Shown one piece after another: positions 1-11,274 of a stretch of DNA of 64,000 bases; position 1 is the stretch's first letter; each line of letters opens with the position of its first letter. Where the stretch lies: positions 682,001 to 746,000 of the forward strand of contig NC_089436.1 in NCBI RefSeq assembly GCF_026210795.1. Direction: 5' to 3'. The position numbers and the translations under genes were made by a program. This DNA comes from Rhizophagus irregularis. Taxonomy: Eukaryota. The notes beneath the pieces are model-generated. The model saw only the letters and a program-made list of their open reading frames with translations, ran no database searches and had not been told where the DNA came from.

Positions 1-9
1 CACACTCTC

Positions 10-2321
10 TCATTCATTCATTTCACTTAACCATTCATGTCTTAATGCCATTTCCGCGGTGAAATTATTATCTTTTGCAGATTCAAGTAATAGATTTTTA
101 AATTGAATAAAACTATTAGAATAATTATTATTAAAACATTGATCTGTACCTTTTAATTCATCCATAAGTCTTCCAACTTGATAAATATCATAACAAGCGA
201 AATATGGTTTACCAATAACAGCTTGTTCAGGCCATCTATTCCAAAGAGAAAATTGTAAAATTTCATTAACAGGACCTCCTAATTCTAAATCAATTATTAA
301 CCAATCACCATTATCTTGTCTTAAAATATTTCCCCAATAAATATCTCTATGAGTCCAATTAACTTGATGCATATCTTTAAGAACTTGTAAAATAGTTTTG
401 ATCATTGATTTAACTTCCAATTCATTCTTTGGATAATAATAATATCCTACAGGATGTAAAAAAATTTTACAAGAACCATCTTTAGTTAAAATTGGATAAC
501 TAAGATTACCTTCTAAATCAATACAATGAACTAAATTTTTAATATGAGAAGTTTCCAAATAAATTTTTCTTATAGTATCATAATTAAAAGTTTCTTTCAT
601 TTTTTGTGTTGATAAAGATTTTTTTACGAAATTTCCCATAAATTCTATACTAGTTCCACCATCACGATTTATTGTTAAATATAAAGGATGAGTGGATTTG
701 TTTATCTTAAATTGTACCCAATTACGTCTTATTGAATCCAAAACATTATAAATATTAATAACAGTACGAATCATTCTTAATCTATCCAAGATCCTATCCA
801 AATCAAAATCTTGAGATATTAATATAATCTTATATCTTAATGGATCAAAAACATACCATCTTAAAATTGGACCTTTTGATATATAAACAAATTTAAAAGG
901 TAAATTTGAATAATAAATATCTTTCCAATGAGTTTTCTCAATAATATTTTGAATACCAACATCCCATTCAATATTTTCGGGTAATTCAACACCATGAATT
1001 ATCAAATGATCATTAATCCAACACATCCAATCAGGTCTTAAAAGATCTTCCTTTGATTGAATAAAATTACGTGCCATATAAATCCATTGTGATTTTTGAG
1101 ATTGTAAACAACTTAAAGTTCCTTGAATTAATGCATCAATAATTAAATTATAACAAATTAAATTATTTTCTTGACAAGATGAATTGGAAGTATATGGATA
1201 TGTCAAAGCATTAATAAATGGCAATGAAATAGATGAAGATGGAATAATATTTCCAAATTCTCTAAAACATTGTTCTTGAGGTGTGACATATGAATATATA
1301 TTAGAATTTTCTTGATTATTTAAAAGACAAAATGATGGAACCAATACTCTTATTGGTAATGGAGTCAAAAGGAATCTTTTTAATTCATATATAGAAGGAA
1401 CTTTGGATAATTTTCTTGTAATAAGTTGTTGAAATAAATCCATTTTGTTGAAGAAATTTTCCTAATTATAATAATACATTACATATGAAATCATATAAAA
1501 AATATATATATAGTATTTTATATATAATTAATATAAATATATAATTTATATAATATATAAGTGAATTATTTTTTTAACTTACTTTTGATATATTATTATT
1601 TCTTAATAAATATGGTTTTTGTTCCAAATCATTAAATTTTAATAATAATTCTAAAAAATAAAAAATAAAATCATCAAAATAATTATATTTATAATTATTA
1701 TACAAAAATTTTGATCAAGTAATTTAATGAGTAATTACCTTCAGGTTCATAATAATTCTCATTATTATAATATCCTAAGAATATCAAAATTCAAAAGTTT
1801 GTAAATAAAAAAAAATTTCAATTTTTTTTTAATTAATAAATTAAATTGTAACATTTTCTTACCATGTAAACGTAAAATTTCAGCTTCTAAATGTAAAATT
1901 AATAATCCTGAAATACCCATTTTAAAGAAATCATTTCTTGTCATTTTCAAAAAAGTTTTCCCATCAATTTGTTTCAATCTAAATTTATATTCAGATTCTT
2001 TATTAAATAAATCTTTTCGACAATAACCTTCAACACTAAACATAACTTTTAAATGATAAATGAGTTTTTGAACATCCCATTTCTTAATTATATCAAGATC
2101 AATTGTTGGAAAATTTAAAATATTCCAATATTCATGTTTTACTCGAGAAATTGATTTATTATTTTCAACTTTTTTTTTTAAAAAAAAAATAATAATTTTT
2201 TTTTATGATTAAAATTATTATATTATCGTTTTATAAATTTATAAAAAAAAAAATATTTTATTATTTTAAACTTACGTAATTTTTTGTTCAAGTTTCTTTT
2301 ATTATTATTATTTCTTGTCAT
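10..2321 (-). CDS. SAM domain + degenerate PD-(D/E)xK-like region + C-terminal protein kinase (Crinkler/CR-effector-like architecture), 5 exons
   Basis: ATG at 2321; four GT-AG introns join in frame (MTRNNNN... / ...WDVQKLIYHLKVMF...QIDGKTFLKMTRNDFFKMGISGLLILHL, SAM-like / two short exons / 477-aa ORF). Kinase motifs HRDIYWGNIL, DLELG, DIYQVG and FTAEMALRHEWL. Confidence 0.8.
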
Positions 2322-3529
2322 GATATTTTATTATTTTATCAAAAGAATTTTTTTTTAGATAAAATTTGGGTTTTTTTATTGTTTATTTAGAAAATTTGGT
2401 TTTTTTAGATAAAATTTGTAAATAATAAAAAAACCACATCTTGTGTATTTATTTATATATTCTCATATTCGTCATAAATCGTCATAACATTTGAAAATTT
2501 CGTATTAATTTCGTAAAAAAAAAAAAATTTTATATATCGCAAATTTATATTCAGTATTTTAACAAAAAATGCCGCGTGATTCATTGTTAAGTTGTACATT
2601 GTTGTTACCCTTTGCCAAGCAACCAAGCAATATGGCTTGAAAAAAAAAACCAAGCGCGGATTAAAAATTTGCGCATTGCGCAGCAAATCATAAAAAGAAG
2701 AAATTTTTAAAAGATTCAATAAACCTCGATAGTCTTGAAAGGTGAAAAGATTCTTTAATTGCTATTTTAATTGTTACTTCGTGTAACTTGCGATTATAAG
2801 TTAGAAAAAAAATATATATATCTTTTTACGCTTTTATTAAATTTTCGGGTAGGTCGATCGGCTGCGCCACTGCATTATTTTGATTTTACTCCATCTGTTG
2901 ATATTAAATATTAATTAAAAATTATTATAAAACATTTGCTTACAACTAAAAATTTAACATATGAAAAGAGTAGAAAATTTTATGAGGCTAAGAAAAAAAA
3001 AATGGTACAAAAAATTTGCAACAATTTGATTTGAGAATTTAATAGAAAAAAAGATAAAAAAATGGATGAACAAGCAGGTAAAAAAAAAGATGACAAATAT
3101 GATCTCTAAATATTTAGTAATTGCTGATGAAATTGAATTAATTATTTATTAATTAATTTATTTGTTTTATAATATTATCTATTTATTATTATTATTATTA
3201 TTTTGAAATAAAGAAGCTAATAAACAAATAAGCCACAAAAATTGACGAATCAGATATTGTGCACATTGATAAAAAAATCCGGTGAATTTTTTAAAAAAAA
3301 TACGATGATTCAGGTTGTTCTTTCCCGTAACCTTCTCATTCAATAGAAGAAGTTTGTGCACTTGCACACGATATTAATGAGTGTCAGTACGTCAAATTAA
3401 ATTATCAAACGAAATTGAAAACGCATCGGATCAAAAAAGTATATTATTTATTAGAATACTAGGAATAAGACTGGCATCTTACATACTACATGACCGGAAT
3501 CTTTCACATTTGGTACAATTTCCGACATT

Positions 3530-3600
3530 TTCTAAATATACCGGACATTCCCCGGACATTCTCACTGCAATTTCCGGACATTCCTTTTTTGGAATGTTCA
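3530..3600. repeat. Three short direct repeats CCGGACATTC, probably a subterminal repeat of a decayed transposon
   Basis: CCGGACATTC occurs three times within ~50 bp in an otherwise AT-rich spacer. Confidence 0.5.
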
Positions 3601-4133
3601 AGTATTTTACATCTATAACAATATAACAATATAATTTATGATGTTTAATCAACATATAAAAAAAAAAAATTTTTTTTTTGCTCCCTATTTTTACTATTTT
3701 TAAAAATTTAATTATGTAAATTATGCAGTGTGTCATCTCAAATTTGGTTGGATGATTCATTAGAAAACCTGTACATTATGCATGATACATAATAAAGCGC
3801 ATTTAATCATTTAAAATTCACGTGTAAAATAACGTCACGTATTTGTATATCGTATTGCGTAATTTAAAATAATTGCGCTAAACGAAATAAGCTTAGCAAA
3901 ATTATTAAATGTACGCGTTTTTTTTTTAATTTTGGTAAAAGTTGATGTGTGCAGAATTATTTATTTTATTTTATTTTAAAAAAATTAAAAAAAAAATACA
4001 TACATACATATATATATATATATAATTATTACCTATCCTTTCACTCTTTACCAAACAATAATGCCAGATCAAAGAACGAACCACTAACGAATCCAAATTG
4101 TTTTTCTTCATTAATTATTCTTCTTTGTATATA

Positions 4134-5738
4134 TTAATTGTCTTCTTCAAAATTAATTGATAGATTAAATTTTTCAGGATATCCTTTAGCAAATTTCACA
4201 ATTCCCACCTGTTTTTTTACTTCTTTTAAACATTCTTTGGAAAAATTATTCATATCATGTAAAACTAATTCATCCAACTTCCTGTCACCATAAAATTTCA
4301 ATAATTCATATAAATATAAATCATTAAAAAAACCACTTTGTGCAAAAATCAAAGTTTTAAAATTAATTCCCTTCTCCTTACAAATTTTTAAGAATTTTGA
4401 AAAAGAATCATTATTAAATTCCCAATCTAAATCAAAAGTAAAATAATATAAAGATTTAGGAAAATTTTCACCAAGTGAACATAAAAAATCAAATAATATA
4501 AGATCTTCATCTTCCTCAATCAAATAATCTTCTAATTCATTGATATATAAAGTTTCAAGATTTGGTGAAACTTTTAATAAAGATAATAGTAAATTAAAAT
4601 TTTCAATGTTTATTGAACATGAAAAATTTAATAATCGAGTAAAATGTTTAATACAATAAGGAAGAACATCCTCTTTTATATCCATATCTATAACTTCAAC
4701 TTTTCTCAAATTTTCATTTGATTGTTGTAATATGACCATAATGAAATATCTTGGAAATGGTTGACTCATTACTACCGTAAATTTTTTTAATTTACGAAAT
4801 GAATTTGATATATCTATTTTCTTAATTGAAAAAATAAAATTTTTACAATTTTCGATCGTTAGTACTTGTAAATTTTTGAATATACCCAATTCATGAAGTA
4901 AGAATGGATTAGATTCGTTAAAGATTATAGTTTCTAATATAATCGTTGTTAAAGTATTATATTGTTGTAAAACGCTTGTCCAAAGATTCATAAATCCAGG
5001 ATTCCAATATGTTAAGGTGAATTCTTTTAATCTTTTTTGATTTCTAATTAATTGAGATAATTTTCTAATACTAATATCATTTTCCTTTTCAACATTAAAA
5101 CAAGTTATATTAAGTACTTGAATATTCTTTGAAATTTCCGTAGCTAATGATAAGACATTTGGTAATTTTCCAATTCTACTTGGTTCACAACTGAATCTTG
5201 TTATAAAATGTGTTACTTTGGATAATACTTTTTCAGCTTGAGGTAATTCAAAAATATTAATCTCATTTTGATTCAATTGAACTCCAATTAATTTTTTTGA
5301 ATTAATTATTAAATGTTCACATAAAGCTTTTCCTATCATAAATATCGTTTTATTTTCAGTTTTTAAAAGATTTGAATATTTATCGGGTTCTTGCTTAATT
5401 TTTTCATCAAGCCAAAGTTTTACGCAAGACCTTAATCCATTGGGACAAATCCATTGTGAAAATGTTGTATAATCAAAAGTAGTTTTTGTATTCGATTCTA
5501 ATCCAAGAGATTCTCTAATTTGTGGAGATAAACATTTTATATAAGTATCAATAAATTGTATATACCTATCTTTTTGTTCTAATTCTTGACAATAATATAA
5601 AGGATGTTTCCAAATTTCATGAATTGATGCCATACACCAATGACGATTGATTAAAATACAAGTATGTTTTGATCTAGTATCATTACTTAATTCCTCAAGA
5701 ACAAACCGAATACAAAGTTCTGGAAGAGTAGCCGACAT
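4134..5738 (-). CDS. F-box-like/RNI-type LRR protein (Glomeromycota-expanded family), intronless
   Basis: 534-aa ORF; N-terminal LPELCIRFVLEEL...CILINRHWC...IWKHP motif, FDYTTF motif, then LxxLxL repeats. Confidence 0.85.
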   Translation of the reverse strand: MSATLPELCIRFVLEELSNDTRSKHTCILINRHWCMASIHEIWKHPLYYCQELEQKDRYIQFIDTYIKCLSPQIRESLGLESNTKTTFDYTTFSQWICPNGLRSCVKLWLDEKIKQEPDKYSNLLKTENKTIFMIGKALCEHLIINSKKLIGVQLNQNEINIFELPQAEKVLSKVTHFITRFSCEPSRIGKLPNVLSLATEISKNIQVLNITCFNVEKENDISIRKLSQLIRNQKRLKEFTLTYWNPGFMNLWTSVLQQYNTLTTIILETIIFNESNPFLLHELGIFKNLQVLTIENCKNFIFSIKKIDISNSFRKLKKFTVVMSQPFPRYFIMVILQQSNENLRKVEVIDMDIKEDVLPYCIKHFTRLLNFSCSINIENFNLLLSLLKVSPNLETLYINELEDYLIEEDEDLILFDFLCSLGENFPKSLYYFTFDLDWEFNNDSFSKFLKICKEKGINFKTLIFAQSGFFNDLYLYELLKFYGDRKLDELVLHDMNNFSKECLKEVKKQVGIVKFAKGYPEKFNLSINFEEDN

Positions 5739-7616
5739 ATCTTAGTATAAATATATATTACATATATGTCGTGTATATAATTTTTTTTTTTTTGGTAGAA
5801 CAAAAAAGTTGAAACTTCGGTTGAGCGATTTCTATTTATGCTGATTTCACGTTACTCAAAAAAATCATTATAAATTATGATGTACTTCTTGCATTAAAAG
5901 AATTAAGAGAAATCGCTTTATCATGTGATTCCATTATATAAACCACGCTTATGTAAAGTAAGAAGATATAAAAATAACAGGGATTTTTTATTTTTATTAT
6001 TTATTTATTTATTTATTTATTTGAGCAGAATTATATATATAATTATATAATACAGGAATCTCATAAGTGTACACCATAAAAGAAAGTTTCAAGAACGTTT
6101 AATATTAATTCAATGTTTATCTTTATAAATACCAGGGGGAGATTTAACAAATCTAATCTAGATCAATAAATAATGATCAATAAACAAATTTGGCTATTTA
6201 AAAAACGGTTACGTTTTCATGTGATTCTGGTAAGATGACGTAAATATCCAAAGTTTAAAAAGCGTGTCCTAAATTTAGTTTTGGATCCAACAATCACCCG
6301 GTAACCTCCCGGTCCCCTCCCTTATCTAAAAAAATAATATGCATATCTGGATTCTCCCATAATCATTTTACTACAACTCTTGCCCAAGATATATATATGA
6401 TCGATAAACAGGTAAGATGAAACGTAAAGTAATAATATCGTCTATATTATACGTAATATGTGATTTAACACGTCAATGATTTTGAATCCATTGAAATTTT
6501 TTTTTTTAGAAAAAAAAGAGAGAGAGACGGGAAAACGTTATCCATAAAAAGATTTACTTTATGCAGATCAAAATCATCATAATAATATTATTGTATCACA
6601 TTGTAATTTTAGTTACGACTCTTCGTTATACATATAATACTCAACTATCTAACAAGTGCGACATTGTTTTTTAATTGTGCATAAGTAGTCCCTATTAATG
6701 TACGCGTCATTTTTCAATTCCTCTATTTAAATCATCATAAATTTTCAATTTAAAATTCAGGACAATCAAAAGGTAATTCTTTAATAATAATAAAAAGTTA
6801 ATAAAATTTAATAAGTTTTATAAACATTATATAAAATCTTTATTACATATTAAATTTTTATATTGGTATCTTGAATATTTTCAGATATTTTTAACGATCC
6901 CAACAGTTTAACTATTGATTGTTATATTTCCTAGAATTTATACACAAGCTTGTAAAACTTTGGTTATTAAAATTTCTTTCCAATTATTAAAGAAGGTTTA
7001 AAGACTCAATCCAATTCCATAAGTAAATTAAGCTTAATGACAATGTTACTAATCAAAAGAGATAGTAAATTATTAATTAGCTAAAATATTGTCAAATGTT
7101 AAATTTAGAAATTTTGGAATTTTTTTTTTTTTGCACTTAAAAAAATTAAACATTTTCAAAAAATTTTTCTTTAATCTTAAATTTTATTTTTGATTATTTA
7201 AAATAAATTATAAAAATTCAATTAATTTAATAAAATTAATTACAGCTAATCCTCCTTTATATAGGCAGTAAGTAGGCATCTCCTAATCTATATAAAAACT
7301 CCTCTTCTTTAAAATATACATTTTTAGGGTCTAATATTTTTATATATAAAATACCTTTTTATAATTACTTTGTTAATTATAAGCCAATTATTAGTTTTGT
7401 ATTATAATAAATATATATAAAATTCACTTAAATTCCCTTTGTATAAATACATAAATCACATGATTTGATAAAATAGCTAATATAATCTTAAAAATTTGTA
7501 AAAATTTTATAATGTAAAAATTATCTTTTAAAGAAAATATCTGATATATTAAAACATCTAATATATTAAAAAATTTTCTTATACTGGATTTTATATAAAA
7601 ATTTATATATTAAATT

Positions 7617-7912
7617 AGGACCCCGGATATCTCCAAAACAGGTCATAAGTCATACTTTCGGCAGATTGGCCCATTTTTCAGGGGCTCAAAAAATCGTTTT
7701 TTGTAAATATCTCGGCATCCAGTGGTCCAATTTTGATGAACTTTTTTTAAATTGTAGAGCTAAATGAGGGCTACAAAATAAAAAAAAGTTCATTAAAATT
7801 GAATTACTGGATGCTGAGATATTTACAAAAAACGATTTTTTGAGTTTCAGCAAAAAGGGGTGTTTTTGGCCAAAAGTCCATTATGACCTTTATATTAGAT
7901 ATCCGGGGTCCT
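7617..7912. mobile_element. Palindromic MITE (~296 bp) with terminal inverted repeats and 8-bp TSD (hAT-like)
   Basis: AGGACCCCGGATATCT ... AGATATCCGGGGTCCT, flanked on both sides by ATTAAATT; internal ~60-bp inverted arms at about 7685-7748 and 7781-7844. Confidence 0.88.
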
Positions 7913-8810
7913 ATTAAATTTTAATATATCAAAATATATAGAAAAATAAAGCTATTTTAAACTTTAATTAAAAAATTAAAATAAAAAAAAAAGAATAGTA
8001 AAATTATATTTAAAATTTTGATATAAAATAATTAATTTTAATTTAATTAAAATTAAATTATTTCATTTAGATTTAATATATAATTTATAATTGATTTACA
8101 TTTAATACTTTTTGTTTTTTAATTTTTGTAATTATCTTAAAATTAGTAATCAGATTTAAATGACAGAACTTTTTTTTATTTTATAAAATTCATTAATAAT
8201 TATAATTTTTAAAAAAATTAGTTAAATTGGATTACTAAATAATATGATAATGATAAAAAACTAATTTTTAAAATTTTAAATTTAACTGAATTTACTTTTT
8301 TTTTATTAATAAAGTCAAATTATAAGTTATTTTATATATTGAATTTTATTAATATTAAATTTGAAAAAAGTTGATATATTAAATTTTTTTTAATGTAAAA
8401 TTAAATTTAATTTATAAAATATCATAATTTATTAATAAAATCCAGTATATTTACAATTGTTTTAATATAATAAAGAAAAAAGTTTAAAATAATATCAAAT
8501 CTGATTTTTTTTTCTTTTTTAACATTATCCTTAAAGAGAATAATACACATTTATTAAAATATTAAATCTAATTTATTAAAGATTTAATTTATTGTGATTA
8601 CTTATATTTACTAATATTAAAAGATATTATTATGGTAAATTTTTTAATTTTTTATAAATTTAAAAAAAAAACTTTTTTACTATTGAATTTAAAATATATA
8701 CCTTATTTATTTATATTTTATATATAAAAATACAGAATTAATATTTCTATTAATAAATATATATTATATTTTATTATAATAATAAGATTTCAAACATTTT
8801 CATTTTTAAT

Positions 8811-9043
8811 TCAAAAATCATTTTTTGCATATATTTTAATATCTAATAATCCAATTTCAATGATTTTTATTTTATTTTATTTTATAATTCTTATTAAACT
8901 TTATAATTTAAAAAAATATTATCAAAATTGAACTACCAGATGTCAAAATATAAATAAAAAACTAATTTATTGAGTTTTAGCAAAGAGAAATAATTTTGAC
9001 TAAAAATCCATTATAATCTATATATTAGATATTTAAAATTCTA
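8811..9043. mobile_element. Heavily decayed copy of the 7617-7912 MITE
   Basis: Colinear with the right two thirds of the intact element, e.g. TATTAGATATCCGGGGTCCTA vs TATTAGATATTTAAAATTCTA and TTGAGTTTCAGCAAA vs TTGAGTTTTAGCAAA. Left end not recognisable. Confidence 0.75.
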
Positions 9044-10152
9044 TAATGATATTATTAAGTTATTTTAAAAGATATAATTATAAAAAATATTAATTATAAT
9101 TAAATTTAAATAATAAATTTAAATTTTTTATAGTCTATTGAATACTAATTTATATTAAAAAATATATATATATAAATCAATTTATAAATATATTTAAATT
9201 AATGATTATTTTGTATATAATTTAAATTAATATTAATAAAATTATTCTAAATTAAAACTAATTTAAAATAGTTTAAAAAATTATTTTAAATTTAAAAGTT
9301 TTAAGCAAATTTTTAAAGTTTAAATTAGTTTAAAATTTTTAAATTCATTTAAATTAATTTTAAAATATTAAATTAATTAGAAAATAAATTTTGATTTAAA
9401 AGTTTAAAATGGATTTTAATTTAAAAAAGTAAATAGTTTAATATTATATAATTATTTAAAAAATACAAACTAATAATTAGAAATTCTAAACTAATTATAT
9501 ATAATTTTATTTAGAAATTCTAATAAAAAAAGATGTATAATAATTCCTCCTTTTTGGTAATTTTTTTATAGTAAATATATTGATTATTTCTTATTACATA
9601 ATATCAGTAAATTTTCTGATTTTTGAATAAATATTACATAAACTTTATATATATATTATAGAATTTTTAAAAAATATATATTATGCATATTTTGCTTGTT
9701 CTACAACTTTACTTAAAGACTAAAATATAGTTTAGAATAGTGTTTTTGACTTTTATATATGAGATATTATAAAGGGTACATTGCAACACATTTGCATATA
9801 AAATTTAAATCTATTAAGCTAAAATTAATATTCTATATATAGATTTAAATATAACTATAGGATTTATTTTGAAATGCTAAATAAAATCCAATAATTAACT
9901 AACTGTTAATAAATCCTAATTTATAGTATTACAGATAATTTACAAATAGTAATAAATTAATTATGGTATAGCCAAAATATTAAATTATATGCATTTAGGT
10001 GAAAAATATAGTTCAAAGTTTTATTAAGGGCAGTGATATTTATTATGTAATATTTTAGGGGTGGGAGGGTATTTGAAGGTTATATAATATATAAGTGTAA
10101 TATAATACATGAGGGTAGGTGGGTATAAACTTATAGTAAATGGATATATATT

Positions 10153-10232
10153 AGTTATTTGATAGGGGGGTTAGAATATCACCAAACTGCGAAGCAGTTC
10201 AGATGATATTTTAACACCCCTATCAAATAACT
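10153..10232. repeat. 80-bp imperfect palindrome centred on a GCGAAGC mini-hairpin
   Basis: AGTTATTTGATAGGGG pairs with CCCCTATCAAATAACT; centre is AACTGCGAAGCAGTT. Confidence 0.85.
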
Positions 10233-11274
10233 GTGTTATTCTGCAGCTGCCAATGATCATCTTATAAATACTATAAATACAATAAACCATTGATTAAACA
10301 ACGTCAAAAATATCAATAATAATTATGCAATGGTAGTTTATTTATAGCTTAAAAAAAAATATCAGCATGATAAAAAAAGCATGATCCTATTTGGCTGTAG
10401 AATAATACGTAATAAATGTCACTACCCTAAGAAATATTATTTATTAGTATATTAAATAATGTTGATTAGACTATACCAATCTAATATATTGTTTAATATA
10501 ACAAAATTGAGATTTATGAAAGGAATTTAACAAAAAAAAATGGCCAGAATTATTGTTAAATTTAGCCTGAATTAAATGTTATTAATTTATTAATTAAACA
10601 CTTAAAAAATTATGGCCTAATTAGAAAATTTCTTCTAATTTTAACCTAAATTATATGCTGAAAAACCCTTCAAAATTTAATAAAAAGAAGGGAAAGTTAT
10701 GTTAAAAAAATGTTGGATTTGAACAACCTTATTTGATTTATAAATTTTATAAATAAATAGTAAAATTTAACAGAAATTTAGATAATAATGCAAAGTAATA
10801 AAAAGAAACTGACATTTTTAATATTTAAAATAGCCAGATATATTATGCTTTATTCCTTTCTTAAAATTTGCTACTTTAATATCTTTTATTATTAAATTCA
10901 TTTTTACTTAACTGATTGGTTTCAATATATTAAGTTATAAAAATTTTTGAATTTTAAAATGCAATTTATTAAATTTATTAGGTCTTTTTTTTTTAATGTA
11001 ACTGTTGAGGAAAAACTATCATTCTTTATAAAAAAATAATTCAAATTGTTTTACAACTAAGCCACCTTAATTTGCGGAAGTGGCGCAAATCTACATAATA
11101 TGTGTGGTGTGACAGAAATTTTTATTCGATTTTTCGTGTAATTCCAGATGAATAAAAATTATAGTCGAAAAAAATAGCAAAAGCATTTGAGATTCGAGTT
11201 TATTCAATGAGACCCAATTCGCGAAGATGCTCAGGAATAACTGTAATACCAAACACTTTTAATAGTCTTCTATC

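Noticed and set aside
2453..4137. Short ORFs between the kinase and F-box genes
   Set aside because: Low-complexity F/I/K/N-rich translations of AT-rich promoter and repeat DNA.
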